The notes: generated by a model from the letters alone, not told the origin. A stretch of DNA of 64,000 bases from Bryobacterales bacterium (GCA_965204095.1 OZ241991.1:703495-767494), one strand, 5' to 3'. Shown: positions 1-12,743, counted from the first letter of the stretch. Program-made: numbers and translations.

Positions 1-174
1 TGTGGCTGAGCACGTCCAGCAGATACGATCGGGACAGCGGTTTCGTCCGGCCGAGTTCCGCCCTGGCATATGCCTCCAACCCGTTCAACCATTTCTCGTC
101 GATGATCTCGGGGGGCTCTTCCGTCAGCCGGCGCAGAACCGTCGCCCGAATCGTAGGGCGGGCCGCTTGGGTTC

Positions 175-1206
175 TCAACGGCCCCGGCTCCGGCGGTAAG
201 CCTGAACGGCCTGGTTATGAGCCACCAGCGTCTTCGAGAAAACATGTTCCCGGTCATTGCCTTTGGCTACGAAATAGAGGTAATCCGTTTCGGCCGGTTT
301 GGCGGCCGCTGCAAAAGCCTTGCGGCCTGGATTTGCGATAGGCCCCGGCGGCAGGCCGGGATGCACGTACGTGTTGTAAGGATGAGGATCCTTCAAGTCA
401 TCTAGGAGGATTCGCCCCCGGAAACGGTTCTCGATGGCCAATCCGTAGGCAACCGTCGGATCGCATTGCATCAGCATGCGTAGCCGAAGCCGATTGTGAA
501 AGACCGAAGAAACCACGCCGTGCTCCTCCGGTACGGTTGTCTCTGTCTCGATCATGGAAGCCAGAACTACGATCTCGAACGGCTTGAGCTGCGAGGTCGC
601 TCCTTGGGTCGCTTCCTCGTACACGGAACGGAAACGGGACGTCATCATCCCGGCGACTTTCTCGGCCGTGCTGGTGTCATCCAGGTAGTAGGTGTCAGGG
701 AACAGAAACCCCTCGAGGTTCTCCGCCTCGGGAAAGTCCCCCCTCAGCCACTCGGTCTTCCTGGTCTCCTCGAGAAACTCCTGTTTGTCGATCCGTCCTG
801 TTGCTGCCAGTATTTCGGCGGTCTCCATTCGGGTCAGGCCTTCAGGAATCGTCACGGGATAGTATTGGACGCTCCCTGTTCGCAAAGCCTTGAAGGCCTC
901 CCACTCCGACGTCGGTCTAAGGAAGCGGTAGGAACCGGCCATCAACGTGTCGTTGTAGTGCCATCCGCGAATCAGCAAAAAATGCCACTTGGAAGAGATC
1001 ACTCCCTTGGCTTGGAGTGTTTCCGCAATATCCTTACTGGATGTCCCGCGCTCGATATCGATCACTACGGGTTCATGGAACCGCTCTTCATGTGAGTCCT
1101 TCGATACGGAAGATGCGCATGCTGCTTGGAACATCAGTGCAAGCAAGACTGCGCTCACGGAGCAGAATCGCATTCCCAGGTTTTGCGGGACCGTCGCTGC
1201 AATCAT
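175..1206 (-). CDS. mltG: Endolytic transglycosylase MltG (YceG family)
   Basis: Motifs VTIPEG, LEGFLFPDTY, LASMIETE, SVFHNRL, MLMQCDPTVAY, PYNTY..PGLPPGPIANPG, YLYFV. Confidence 0.95.
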   Translation of the reverse strand: MIAATVPQNLGMRFCSVSAVLLALMFQAACASSVSKDSHEERFHEPVVIDIERGTSSKDIAETLQAKGVISSKWHFLLIRGWHYNDTLMAGSYRFLRPTSEWEAFKALRTGSVQYYPVTIPEGLTRMETAEILAATGRIDKQEFLEETRKTEWLRGDFPEAENLEGFLFPDTYYLDDTSTAEKVAGMMTSRFRSVYEEATQGATSQLKPFEIVVLASMIETETTVPEEHGVVSSVFHNRLRLRMLMQCDPTVAYGLAIENRFRGRILLDDLKDPHPYNTYVHPGLPPGPIANPGRKAFAAAAKPAETDYLYFVAKGNDREHVFSKTLVAHNQAVQAYRRSRGR

Positions 1207-1631
1207 GTCCGGTCGTTCTCCAGATAGCTTTCAAGGATGAGCACCGCGGAAGCCTGGTCGATGGCCAGTGCCCGCTCTTCACCCCGGAGCTGTCGGTCTC
1301 GTAAGAGTTCCTCGGCCTCCACCGAAGTCAGGCGCTCATCCCACAGCCGGGTCTCGACTCCGCAATATCTCTTGAGCCGCTCCGCGAAACGCTCTACCTT
1401 GATCGATTGATCGCTTTTCTCTCCGCTGATATGAATGGGGTCCCCAAGAACGACGAGCTTCACTTCATTCGTTGCAATCAGCTTTCGCAATTCCTCGAAA
1501 TCGGTCTTTCGATTCTTGCGCGTCAGAGTGGGAAGTCCGCGCACGGTCAGGCGGAGTTCGTCCGTAAGTGCAATCCCGATGCGGCGTTGCCCGACGTCCA
1601 GAGAAAGGATTCGACCCTCCGGCTTCGCCAA
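1203..1631 (-). CDS. ruvX: Holliday junction resolvase-like / pre-16S rRNA nuclease YqgF
   Basis: ILSLDVGQRRIGIA, WDERLTSVEA, IDQASAVLILESYL; overlaps the mltG start. Confidence 0.93.
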   Translation of the reverse strand: MAKPEGRILSLDVGQRRIGIALTDELRLTVRGLPTLTRKNRKTDFEELRKLIATNEVKLVVLGDPIHISGEKSDQSIKVERFAERLKRYCGVETRLWDERLTSVEAEELLRDRQLRGEERALAIDQASAVLILESYLENDRT

Positions 1632-1817
1632 GTTCCATTGTATCCCACGTCAGCCTGCATTTCTCACCACGCGGCGAGCCGAAGTGCGTGAGAGGGCCGT
1701 CAGGACGAGGCGCAAGCCGGAGGAGGAAAAAGGCGCGCTCAGGCGTACTTGCCAAATCACCTCCTTCACCCATCGGGTCAAGAAACACGAAATAAGGCTT
1801 TTCCGAAACATGCCCTT

Positions 1818-2259
1818 ACAGCCCGTGTCAAAAGTCCCGTGGAAGGCGCGGCGGGCTCCTGCGGTCGCTCGGCGCGGAGTGAGGAGGATGGCGATCCGGG
1901 TGATCTCCTCCGACGAACGACAAAGCCGACGACCGCAAACGTCCGCCGCCCAAAGGGTTACGCGCCACTCCCGCTCGGCTGCGCGGAGAGCGCGGCGCCA
2001 CGTTCCTGGAACGGCTAGCCTGCATTTCTCACCACATGGCGAGGCGAAGTGGGTGAGAGGGCCGTCAGGACGAGGCGCGAGCCGCTTGGCGCGCGCAGGC
2101 GTACTTGACAGTACGTCGAGCACGGCAAGCAAGCGCAACGAAGTCATGGCGGTCGTATCGCGTGCTTCGACCGTCGGGTGGTGAGACATGCAGGCTAATC
2201 GTTACACCATCAGCCTCGGGGCGCGTAACGCCGCCCGCGTGACTTTTGACACGGGCTGT
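1818..2259. mobile_element. MITE-like palindromic repeat, family 2, carrying a nested family-1 element
   Basis: Terminal inverted repeats ACAGCCCGTGTCAAAAGTC / GACTTTTGACACGGGCTGT; near-identical body at 9505-9766. Confidence 0.75.
2016..2197. mobile_element. MITE-like repeat, family 1 (~180 bp)
   Basis: Terminal inverted repeats TAGCCTGCATTTCTCACCAC / GTGGTGAGACATGCAGGCTA; second full copy at 17991-18173, partial copies near 1651 and 10737. Confidence 0.75.
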
Positions 2260-2486
2260 TAACGCAAGCTGCCTTGGAGCAACGGCCGTACCACTTGCTT
2301 GAGCTTTTGGGTCACGAATCACGAGACACGAATCACGAATCACGGCCTTTAAGGTTCACCGGCCGTCAGACATTTCTTCCTGAGGGGAACCAGTCCCCCG
2401 CCAGTGGTTTTCACTAAAAACTGAAAACTAGCAACTAACCACTGCCTTTCCCATCTGCCCCCCTCCGCTAAGCTGGAAGAGTCCGC

Positions 2487-5400
2487 ATGCCCCTCACCTC
2501 GTTCGATACGCTGATTCGGGAGTGGTTTGCCGGTGTAGGTGAACCTACCGAGCCGCAAAGGCTCGGCTGGCCCGAAATCCTCTCCGGGCGCGATGTCCTT
2601 ATCTCAGCTCCCACGGGGTCCGGCAAGACGCTTGCGGCTTTCCTCAGTTGCCTCGACAACCTTGTCCGCCTCGCCCGAACCGACAACTTCCCCGACGAGA
2701 CCACCGTGCTCTACGTTTCGCCGCTCAAGGCGCTTTCGAACGACATCCGGAAGAACCTCGATCGCCCTCTGGAGCAAATCCGCGAGTTGGCCGACCGTAA
2801 CCGTGTTCCCCTGAAAGCGATCCGGACCGCGCTGCGCACCGGCGACACGAAAACCTATGACCGGCTGCGCATGACGCGGAAGCCGCCGCACATCCTCGTC
2901 ACGACTCCCGAATCGCTCTTCATCCTGCTTACGGCCGAAAAGAGCCGCCGCATCTTGAAGACCGTCCGCACCGTCATCATCGACGAGATCCACGCCGTCG
3001 CTGACGACAAGAGGGGCTCCCATCTCGCCATCTCACTCGCCCGCTTGGAAAAGCTCGTTGTTTCCACCGGAAATGGTCCGCGCCCTCAGCGCATCGGGCT
3101 CTCGGCAACCGTTAATCCGCTGGACGAAGTGGCGCGATTTCTCAGCCCCGAGTTCACCAACGGCCGGGGACGTCTGGTCGCCGTCGGACATCAACGCAAC
3201 ATGGACTTGGCGGTCGAGGTCCCCGGCGACGAACTGACCGCTGTCGCCCCGGCCGAAACCTGGGCGGAAATCTACGACCGTCTCGCCGGCCTCATACGGA
3301 CCCATCGGACAACGCTTGTCTTCGTCAACACCCGCCGGCTCTCCGAGCGTGTCGCTCATCAACTGCAAGAGCGCCTTGGCGCGGAGGCTGTACTCCCGCA
3401 TCACGGTAGCCTGTCGAGGCAACTTCGCCTCAACGCCGAACAGCGCCTGAAAGAAGGCCAACTCGGCGCCGTGGTGGCCACGGCCTCACTCGAGCTTGGC
3501 ATCGATATCGGAACCGTGGACCTGGCCTGCCAGATCGGTTCGCCTCGCTCGATCGCCGTGGCCTTGCAGCGCGTCGGGCGCTCCGGACACTGGGTCGGCG
3601 CGCTGCCCAAAGGACGCTTCTTTCCCACTACCCGCGATGAGCTTGTCGAGTGCGCCGCACTGGTGCGCGCCATGAGAAAGGGCGAACTCGACCGGCTCGA
3701 AATCCCCCAGGCGCCTCTCGACATCCTTGCCCAGCAGATCGTCGCGGAAGTGGCCTGCGGCGAGTGTTCGGAGACGGAGATGTTCGACCTGGTCCACTCC
3801 GCCCATCCTTACCGCAATTTGGAGTGGAAGGAGTTCGACGAGGTGATCGACGTGCTCGCCGAAGGGATCGCCACCTCGAGAGGCCGTAGCGGCGCATATC
3901 TCCATCGTGACCGCGTGAACCGGCGGTTGCGCGCCCGCCGTGGTGCGCGCCTCACCGCGATCACCTCGGGCGGGGCCATCCCCGACAATGCTCAGTACGC
4001 CGTCATCGCTGAACCCGAAGGTGCGAAGGTCGGCATGATCGACGAAGACTTCGCCATCGAGAGCGCCGTCGGAGACGTCTTCCTGCTGGGCACGACATCC
4101 TGGAGAATTCGCCGCATCGAGTCAGGCCGCGTTCGTGTCGAAGATGCGCAGGGCGCCTCGCCGACAATTCCGTTCTGGATGGGTGAAGCGCCCGGTCGCA
4201 CGGTCGAACTCTCGAACGAAGTCTCCGTCTTGCGCGAAGACGTAGTCACCGTTGTCGAAAAAAGCCGTGCCTCATCCGAGCGCACCGACGATTTTGCCGC
4301 CGCCTGCGAGCTGCTCGCCGATGAGTGCGCACTCGATCGAGGCGGCGCCGAGCAGTTGATCGAGTATGTTCTCGCCGGTCGCAACGCCCTCGGAGCGTTG
4401 CCCACGCAAAACAGGGTCGTTGCCGAGCGTTTCTTTGACGAGGCTGGCGGTATGCAGCTCGTCATTCACGCGCCCTTCGGTGCGCGGATCAATCGCGCCT
4501 GGGGACTGTCGCTGCGCAAGAAGTTCTGCCGCTCCTTCAACCTCGAACTCCAGGCCGCAGCCACCGACAACGGCCTGCTCATCTCACTTACCGAACAGCA
4601 CGCCTTCCCGCTGGAGTTGGTGTTCGAGTTCGTTCGCCGCGCCACGCTCGATCAAACACTCACCCAGGCTCTGCTCGATTCTCCGATGTTCGCTACGCGT
4701 TGGCGCTGGAACGTCTCTCGCGCCTTGGCCGTTCCGCGCTTCAGCGGCGGACGCAAGACGCCCCCGCCGATCCAGCGAATGAGGTCCGATGATCTGTTGG
4801 CTGCCGTCTTCCCCGATCAGGCCGCTTGCGCCGAGAATCTCACCGGGGAAATTCGCATTCCGGACCACCCCTACGTTCGCGAGACGATCGACAACTGTCT
4901 TGACGAGGCAATGAATCTCGTCGGACTGCGGCAAATCGTCGAACGGATTGAGTCTGGAGCATTGGAAACCGTCGCCGCGGAGACCGCCGAGCCGTCTCCG
5001 TTCAGCCATGAAATCCTGAACTCGAACCCGTACAGCTATCTCGACGACGCCCCGCTCGAAGAGCGCCGAGCCCGCGCCGTGCAGATGCGCCGGACGTTGG
5101 CTCCCGAGATGCTCGACGGTCCCGCGGCCCTCGACGCCGAGGCCATCGCGATCGTCGCCGAGCAGGCTTGGCCGATCGTGCGCGATGCCGATGAACTGCA
5201 CGACGCGCTCCTCTCGCTCATCACCTTGCCCCCCGTTCCCGAGTGGGACGAATATCACGAAGAACTATGCCGCGGCCGGCGGGCGACAACTCTCTGGGCT
5301 GATGACAAGCCGCTGTGGGTAGCCGCGGAACGCCTCGCAACCGCTCGACTGCTTCACGCCGGCGCGGCCATTGAGCCTGTCATCACGGCGCTTCAGTCAT

Positions 5401-6791
5401 CACGCAACGAGTCCCGCACAACGGAAGCCGCCGCTGCGGACGTCCTCCGTGGGTGGCTCGATGCCATCGTTCCGGCAACGGCTTCCGAGTTGGCCGAGCG
5501 GCTGTCGCTGCCGCCGGCCCTCGTCGAAGCCGGACTCGTCCGGCTCGAAAGCGAAGGCCGAGTCCTGCGCGGCAACTTCTCGCCCGGCAACCCCGAGGCT
5601 GATGACACTCGTGAAACCGAGTGGGCCAATCGCCACCTGCTGGCCCGCATTCACCGCTTGACGCTTGGCCGGCTGCGCCGTGAAATCGAGCCTGTCACCA
5701 CAGCCGATTTCGTCCGGTTTCTTCTGCGCTGGCAGCACGTCATGCTGGCGAGCCGCCTGCACGGCGTCGACGGCGTGTTGCAGGTCATCAAGCAGCTCCA
5801 GGGATACGAGATCTCCTCCGCTGCCTGGGAATCGGAGATTCTGCCGCGCCGCATCGTGAACTATCAGCCCGAGTTGCTCGACCGGCTCTGCCTGGCGGGT
5901 GAGGTTACCTGGGGGCGCCTGTCGCCGCACCCGGCTTTCTCTGGAAATCCCGATGAATCCGCGAACCGCACCCGTTCTCGCCGTGTTCGACCGACACGCG
6001 CCGCTCCGCTCACCATCTTCCTCCGTGAAGACGCCGGTTGGCTTCTCACAGGCGGCCTCCACTCCGGCCCGGACGCCGTGGATGCCCTCTCGCACCCGGC
6101 GCGCGAAGTCTGGCAAGCCCTGCGCAAACGTGGCTCTTCCTTCTTCGCCGATCTATGTCGCGCAACCGGCCGCTTGTCAAGCGAGGTCGAGGACGGACTC
6201 TGGGAGCTTGCCGCGGCCGGTCTCGTCACAGCGGACGGTTTTGAAAACCTTCGCTCCCTGATTGACCCCAAACGCCGCAGAGGCGAAGGGCGAGGCCGCA
6301 TGGCCCGCCCCCGCCACGCCGCGGGCCGCTGGGCGCTGCTCGAAGAGGCCGTCCAAGCCGCCGCTGACTCCGGCGGCCGGGACTCGGCCGAGCAATTCGC
6401 CCGTCAACTACTGCGGCGCTGGGGTGTCGTCTTCCGCGACATCGTGCGCCGCGAATCGCTGGCTCCCCCTTGGCGCGATCTGCTCGTCGTCCTGCGGCGG
6501 ATGGAAGCGCGTGGCGAGATCCGCGGAGGACGTTTTGCCGCGGCCTTTGTCGGCGAACAGTTTGCTCTGCCCGAAGCGGTCGCCCTTCTCCGGAATGTAC
6601 GGCGCACCGAACCCAAAGATGAAGAAGTCATCCTTGGCTCCGCGGATCCGCTCAACCTCGTCGGAGTTCTTGTTTCCGGTCCACGCGTCAACGCCAACAC
6701 CGCTGAAACGATCCGCATCCGCAACGGAGTCCCCGCCGAACAGCCGGCAACACAGACCTTCCGCATCGAAGGCGCACCCGCCGGCAGGTAG
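2487..6791 (+). CDS. lhr: Lhr-family DEAD/DEAH-box helicase (long form)
   Basis: [52 protein letters not shown]; C-terminal winged-helix region. Confidence 0.93.
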   Translation: MPLTSFDTLIREWFAGVGEPTEPQRLGWPEILSGRDVLISAPTGSGKTLAAFLSCLDNLVRLARTDNFPDETTVLYVSPLKALSNDIRKNLDRPLEQIRELADRNRVPLKAIRTALRTGDTKTYDRLRMTRKPPHILVTTPESLFILLTAEKSRRILKTVRTVIIDEIHAVADDKRGSHLAISLARLEKLVVSTGNGPRPQRIGLSATVNPLDEVARFLSPEFTNGRGRLVAVGHQRNMDLAVEVPGDELTAVAPAETWAEIYDRLAGLIRTHRTTLVFVNTRRLSERVAHQLQERLGAEAVLPHHGSLSRQLRLNAEQRLKEGQLGAVVATASLELGIDIGTVDLACQIGSPRSIAVALQRVGRSGHWVGALPKGRFFPTTRDELVECAALVRAMRKGELDRLEIPQAPLDILAQQIVAEVACGECSETEMFDLVHSAHPYRNLEWKEFDEVIDVLAEGIATSRGRSGAYLHRDRVNRRLRARRGARLTAITSGGAIPDNAQYAVIAEPEGAKVGMIDEDFAIESAVGDVFLLGTTSWRIRRIESGRVRVEDAQGASPTIPFWMGEAPGRTVELSNEVSVLREDVVTVVEKSRASSERTDDFAAACELLADECALDRGGAEQLIEYVLAGRNALGALPTQNRVVAERFFDEAGGMQLVIHAPFGARINRAWGLSLRKKFCRSFNLELQAAATDNGLLISLTEQHAFPLELVFEFVRRATLDQTLTQALLDSPMFATRWRWNVSRALAVPRFSGGRKTPPPIQRMRSDDLLAAVFPDQAACAENLTGEIRIPDHPYVRETIDNCLDEAMNLVGLRQIVERIESGALETVAAETAEPSPFSHEILNSNPYSYLDDAPLEERRARAVQMRRTLAPEMLDGPAALDAEAIAIVAEQAWPIVRDADELHDALLSLITLPPVPEWDEYHEELCRGRRATTLWADDKPLWVAAERLATARLLHAGAAIEPVITALQSSRNESRTTEAAAADVLRGWLDAIVPATASELAERLSLPPALVEAGLVRLESEGRVLRGNFSPGNPEADDTRETEWANRHLLARIHRLTLGRLRREIEPVTTADFVRFLLRWQHVMLASRLHGVDGVLQVIKQLQGYEISSAAWESEILPRRIVNYQPELLDRLCLAGEVTWGRLSPHPAFSGNPDESANRTRSRRVRPTRAAPLTIFLREDAGWLLTGGLHSGPDAVDALSHPAREVWQALRKRGSSFFADLCRATGRLSSEVEDGLWELAAAGLVTADGFENLRSLIDPKRRRGEGRGRMARPRHAAGRWALLEEAVQAAADSGGRDSAEQFARQLLRRWGVVFRDIVRRESLAPPWRDLLVVLRRMEARGEIRGGRFAAAFVGEQFALPEAVALLRNVRRTEPKDEEVILGSADPLNLVGVLVSGPRVNANTAETIRIRNGVPAEQPATQTFRIEGAPAGR

Positions 6792-6947
6792 CTCCGGCTA
6801 CCTGCCGCCCTATCGGCGATAGTTAGCTTTTACGGTTCACAGCCGTCAGACATTTGTTTAGAGAACGAAACAGGCCGCCACCACTGGTTTTCACTAAAAA
6901 CTAGAAACTGAAAACCGAAAACTGAAAACGAACCACGGCCTTCCAAG

Positions 6948-8270
<1,323 letters not shown>

Positions 8271-8292
8271 AGCTGACGGTGCCTCTTTCTTC

Positions 8293-8477
8293 TAGCAGTC
8301 GGTGGTGAAACCCAGCGTAGCACCGAGAGCGGCCCGCGTAGCACCATGAACGGCGCTGCGCCCGGCTGACAAGGCGCGACCAGGGAGCATATTGAACATA
8401 TTCGACCGAGGAGCAACGCAGTTCAGCCGGGATGCATCGTCGCTTGAATGTAGCAGGGCTTTTGCCACGGGCTGCTA
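8293..8477. repeat. MITE-like element with ends related to family 2
   Basis: Imperfect terminal inverted repeats TAGCAGTCGGTGGTGAAA / TTTTGCCACGGGCTGCTA; right end overlaps the mqnC stop codon. Confidence 0.6.
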
Positions 8478-9503
8478 GTTGAGGTAATACGTTCGGTACA
8501 GCGTATCCCGCTGCTTGGGAATGAAGCCGGCGTCCCGGATCATCCGCCGCAAGTCCTCTTCGCTGGCCGCGTGCTGGGCGCCGGCCTGGCGGACGACGTT
8601 TTCCTCCAGCATCACGCTCCCCACGTCGTTTCCGCCGAAGCGCAGACCGAGCTGGCAGACCTTGAGTCCTTGCGTGACCCAGGACGTCTGGATGTTGACC
8701 ACGTTGTCGAGGAAGATTCGCGAAACCGCGAGCGTCTTCAGGAAGTCGACGGCCGTTGTTTCTTCCTTGATCCGCCGGCCGAGAGCGGTGTTCTCCGGCT
8801 GGAACGGCCACGGGATGAACGCCGTAAATCCGCCGCTTTCTTCTTGAAGCTGCCGGAGGGTCTCGAGGTGATTGACGCGGTGCTGGAGCGTCTCTCCGCA
8901 GCCGAACATCATCGTGGCCGTCGTTCGCATGCCGAGCTGATGGGCGCTGCGATGCACGTGGATCCAGTCCTCGGTCGTGCACTTGAGGCGTGCGATCTTG
9001 AAGCGCACCTCGTCGTCGAGAATCTCCGCCCCCGCCCCCGGAATCGAGTCCAGTCCGGCGTCGCGCATCCGGGCGATCGTGTCGCGGATGGAAATTCCGC
9101 TCACCTCCGAAATCGTCAGGATCTCAGGAGCGGAGAGGCAATGGAGGTGGATCGAAAATCGCTCCTTGATCGAACGGAACAGGTCCTCGAAATATTCGAT
9201 CTTCAAATCCGGATTGACGCCGCCTTGCATCAACACGCCGGTGCCGCCAAGGTCCACGGTCTCCTGAATCTTGGCGAAGATCTGCTCTTTCGGGAGAACG
9301 TAGCCCTCCTTGTGACCCATCGGCCGATAGAAGGCGCAGAAGCTGCAGTACTCGGTGCAGAAGTTCGTATGGTTGATGTTGCGGTCGATGATGTAGCTCG
9401 CCACGCCCTCCGGGTGAAACTTGCGCCGGACGGCGTCGGCTTCCATGCCGATGCCGACCAGGTCGTCGCTTTGCAGGGCGTCCAGTGCTTCCTTCTTGGT
9501 CAT
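8475..9503 (-). CDS. mqnC: Cyclic dehypoxanthine futalosine synthase (radical SAM)
   Basis: DRNINHTNFCTEYCSFCAFYR CxxxCxxC, MQGG, IPGAGAEIL, ATMMFG, FGGNDVGSVMLEENVV; adjacent to mqnA. Confidence 0.9.
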   Translation of the reverse strand: MTKKEALDALQSDDLVGIGMEADAVRRKFHPEGVASYIIDRNINHTNFCTEYCSFCAFYRPMGHKEGYVLPKEQIFAKIQETVDLGGTGVLMQGGVNPDLKIEYFEDLFRSIKERFSIHLHCLSAPEILTISEVSGISIRDTIARMRDAGLDSIPGAGAEILDDEVRFKIARLKCTTEDWIHVHRSAHQLGMRTTATMMFGCGETLQHRVNHLETLRQLQEESGGFTAFIPWPFQPENTALGRRIKEETTAVDFLKTLAVSRIFLDNVVNIQTSWVTQGLKVCQLGLRFGGNDVGSVMLEENVVRQAGAQHAASEEDLRRMIRDAGFIPKQRDTLYRTYYLN

Positions 9504-10606
9504 GACAGCCCGTGGTGAAAGTCCCGTGGAAGGCGCGGCGGGCTCTTGCGGTCGTTCGGCGCGGAGTGAGGAGGATGGCGATCCGGGTGATCTCCTCCGA
9601 CGAACGACAAAGCCGACGACTGCAAATGTCCGTCGCCCGAAGGGCTGCGCGCCGCTTCCGCTCGGCTGCCTGGAGAACGCGGTGCCGCGTTCCTGGCAAG
9701 GCCGGGCGTTACGCCGTCGGCCTCGCGGCGCGTAACGCCGCCTGCGTGACTTTTGCCACGGGCTGTTAAGGCCTGCTCGGCGGTCACTGCTTCGAGGTAG
9801 CTGAGCTCGGGCATTTCAGGGGCGAGACCGAGATCGGCCGCCGCCTTCAGGAAGTACTCCAGGCTGCTCTGCTCGGCGGCCCCGAACTCGTACGAGATGT
9901 GCTCGGTCAAGTAGCGGCGGGCCAACTCGGCCGGATAGCCTCGCTCAACGCCCTCTCTCTTGACGATTTCGTCGATGCGAGCCAAACCGTATGCGGCGGA
10001 GGCCTGGAAGACGGCAGGATCGTCCGGATCGGCCGCAAGGTTCTTGACGGTCCAAACCGCGAACACCATCGGCAGCCCGGTCATCTCGACCCACTCCGCG
10101 CCCAGATCATGGACGAACAGCGGCCCGCCGCGCCATTCCGGCAAGCCCGGATCGAGACGCAACGCCGAATCGCCGATGATCAGCGCCGCATCGGCCAGTT
10201 CGAGCATCTCGTCCAGCTTGGGAGGATAGGGCCGCACGCGGGGACGCAGACCGAACTTGCGCGCCAGCCAGGTCTGCGCCAACACGACCGACGTGCGCGA
10301 GCCCGCATCGGCGGCGAAAGACTCCACTTCCTCGATCGGTTTGCGGCTGAAGAACAAGATGCTGCGCACCGCGCCCCGGCATGCCACGGAGCAACCGGGC
10401 AGCACTATCAAGTCAGGTTGACTGGCAAGCTCGATCGTCGGGACGAGTCCGATGTCCGCCTCGCCCGCGCGCAGTTCCTCGGCGCACTCCGACGGAAGAG
10501 AGAAATGCATGTCGAAGATGCCGCGCTGCGGACCGTGCAGGAGCCCCCACACCAGCGGAGACGTGTTCAGAAAGCGGACTGCGGAAACGCGGCGGCGGGC
10601 TCGCAT
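9500..10606 (-). CDS. mqnA: Chorismate dehydratase MqnA with a repeat-derived C-terminal extension
   Basis: VRFLNTSPL, GAVRSILF, SRTSVVL, ALIIGDSAL, DLGAEW..MTGLPMVFAVW; last ~87 codons come from the 9505-9766 repeat. Confidence 0.88.
   Translation of the reverse strand: MRARRRVSAVRFLNTSPLVWGLLHGPQRGIFDMHFSLPSECAEELRAGEADIGLVPTIELASQPDLIVLPGCSVACRGAVRSILFFSRKPIEEVESFAADAGSRTSVVLAQTWLARKFGLRPRVRPYPPKLDEMLELADAALIIGDSALRLDPGLPEWRGGPLFVHDLGAEWVEMTGLPMVFAVWTVKNLAADPDDPAVFQASAAYGLARIDEIVKREGVERGYPAELARRYLTEHISYEFGAAEQSSLEYFLKAAADLGLAPEMPELSYLEAVTAEQALTARGKSHAGGVTRREADGVTPGLARNAAPRSPGSRAEAARSPSGDGHLQSSALSFVGGDHPDRHPPHSAPNDRKSPPRLPRDFHHGLS
9505..9766. mobile_element. MITE-like palindromic repeat, family 2 (no nested insert)
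   Basis: Terminal inverted repeats ACAGCCCGTGGTGAAAGTC / GACTTTTGCCACGGGCTGT; body matches 1818-2259. Confidence 0.75.
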
Positions 10607-10799
10607 GGCGAGAAGCCCATTGTATCAACGGGCTGATTTCGACAGTTCCGAGAGCGCCCCGCCAACGCGGGAGCGGCCGTCTCGTCAAATGTGGGAAGTT
10701 CCCCTGGTGAGCAAGACAGAACGTTCTTCTTCAGCCGGCCTGCATGTCTCACCAACTGGCGAGGCGCAGTCGGTGCGCATCACGAATCAGAGCTTTCAA

Positions 10800-12140
10800 G
10801 GCTTTCACTATCCACTATCCACTATCCACTGCCTTCAAGGTTTTTCACGAAACACGAGTCACGAGACACGAATCACGGCTTTTTTCAGACCCGAAACACG
10901 GCCTTTCCGTGGCTCGTTTGGTGCCTGTTGGTACTGAAGCCCTTCAGTCTTGTTTTTTCGGCCTGAATCTGCTCTAGGTTGAGAGTGATGACGCCGTTGC
11001 TGGGAACAGAAACCTCATCCACGCCCGTCAGGGACGCGCCGGCTGGAGATAACAAAGCCGCCCAAGCCACGGCTTTTCAGGTATTTACGAGACCCGAGCC
11101 CCGAGCCACGGCGTTAGCCTGGCGCGCGGCGCAAGCCGGCGCGAATTCCGAGGTTTTCACGAAACACGAGACACGAATCACGAATCACAGCTTTTTTCAG
11201 ACCCGAAACACGGCCTTTCCGTGGCTCGTTTGGTACCTGTTGGTACTGAAGCCCTTCAGTCTTTTTTTTGGTCGGATGCCGGTTTAGGTTGAAAGTGATG
11301 ACGCCGTTGCTGGGAACGAAAACCTCATCCACGCCCGTCGGGGACGTGCCGACTGGAGACAGAAGAGCCGCCCGGTCGCCGCTTTCCTGCGCGTTGTGGC
11401 GCGGCATGGGGCGGCTATGGCGCGGCATGGGCGGCATGGGGCGCCCGGAGCCGCTGTCCGCGCACCGTCCGCACCAGCAACAGGACCTTTCGGGTTTTCA
11501 CGAAACACGAATCACGGCTTTTTCCCGAATCACGGCCTTTGTGGCCGTTCGGTTCTCCGTGGGTGCGCGAGGGGTGGCGTCACCAGAAACCGCCGTCCGG
11601 ACCACTGCCCCCGCCGGCAAGTCACTGGTTTTCAGTTCACCATTGTTCACTATTGTTCGCCATTGTTCACCATTGTTCACCAAAAATATTGTCCTGCGCC
11701 AGTGCCCTCGCACCGCCCGGTCGCTGCTTTCCTGCGCGTTGTGGCGCGGCATGGGCGGCCGCCGTCCCCCGCGCCGGCAACACGGCCTGTCGGTTTTCTC
11801 CAGCCACGAGACACGCAACATGCTTTTTCCCAGTCCCTCCGGCGACTCCAAGGAGAGCAACCCCAAGCCCGGCCAACAAGTTTTCACGAATCACGAGACA
11901 CGAATCACGAAACACGGCTTTTATGCTTCCCTACCCACCATTTCCCACGATTTCCCGGCATTTCCCGCCATTTCTCGGGGGGTGGGGGGGTGCTCCGGAA
12001 CAGGTGTTCAAGAGCCGTTAGGGGGAAAATCCCACAAAAATGCACAAAATCCCGCATCCGCTGGAGGCTGCATGGGGTGTACCGTCAGCCGCGGCTCCCG
12101 CCGCCCTCCGGGCTGCTTGGGCTGCGGCCAACACAAAATG
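10800..12140. repeat. Low-complexity composite repeat tract
   Basis: Tandem heptamers CACGAAT/CACGAGA and CCACTAT, 11-mers CCATTGTTCAC, and a ~200-bp block duplicated at ~10840-11050 and ~11153-11360; no credible CDS. Confidence 0.7.
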
Positions 12141-12145
12141 AACTC

Positions 12146-12400
12146 ATGATGAGAAAGGAGGACGTTCTCTATCGAGTTGACCAAAGCGTATACGACCGGT
12201 TCTTCTATTCGGGAGATCGGGACGAGCCCCGCCACGTGCACGTGGCGCGCGATGATCGAGTCGCAAAATTCTGGCTGGACCCGGCGAGAATGCAGAGGAA
12301 CGGTGGACTGCGGCGGTCTGAGATACTCCGGGTTCAGAGAACCATCGAGGAGAACCACAACTTGTTCATGGAGGCGTGGAATGATGATTTCAACGATTGA
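12146..12400 (+). CDS. DUF4160-family protein (putative toxin), N-terminus probably disrupted
   Basis: RFFYSGDRDEPRHVHV..AKFWLDP..FMEAWND; overlaps the downstream DUF2442 gene. Confidence 0.7.
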   Translation: MMRKEDVLYRVDQSVYDRFFYSGDRDEPRHVHVARDDRVAKFWLDPARMQRNGGLRRSEILRVQRTIEENHNLFMEAWNDDFND

Positions 12401-12740
12401 GGCGCAGATACCGGAAGCACAGGAAGTGTCGGTTACCGGGGACACGCTGAAGGCCGAGCTAGCGGACGGACGCGCCATCTCCGTGCCGCTGGCATGGTAT
12501 CCCAGGCTCGTCCACGCCACTCAGGAAGAGCGTGACAACTGGGAGCTCATCGGAGAGGGTCAGGGCATCCGCTGGCCCGACTTGGACGAAGACCTCAGTG
12601 TCGAGGGGCTGATCGCGGGCCGTCCGTCGCAGGAGAGCCAACGCTCTTTCAAGCGATGGCTCGAAGCGAAGCGGGCAGGTCGCAGTGTGCTGCTTTGCGA
12701 CCTGACAACTGCTGAACGAGAAAGTGACGGCGGGAAGTAG
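12381..12740 (+). CDS. DUF2442-family protein (putative antitoxin)
   Basis: LADGRAISVPLAWYPRL..AT.EER.NWELIG.G.GIRWPDLDEDLSVEGL. Confidence 0.88.
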   Translation: MMISTIEAQIPEAQEVSVTGDTLKAELADGRAISVPLAWYPRLVHATQEERDNWELIGEGQGIRWPDLDEDLSVEGLIAGRPSQESQRSFKRWLEAKRAGRSVLLCDLTTAERESDGGK

Positions 12741-12743
12741 CAG

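Noticed and set aside
1-199. Short plus-strand ORF at the window start
   Set aside because: Probably the shadow of a minus-strand gene running off the window; too little sequence to call.
11268-12149. Long ORFs across the repeat tract and the MITEs (also 1435-2184)
   Set aside because: Composed of repeat translations (HETRITN etc.) with no domain signal.
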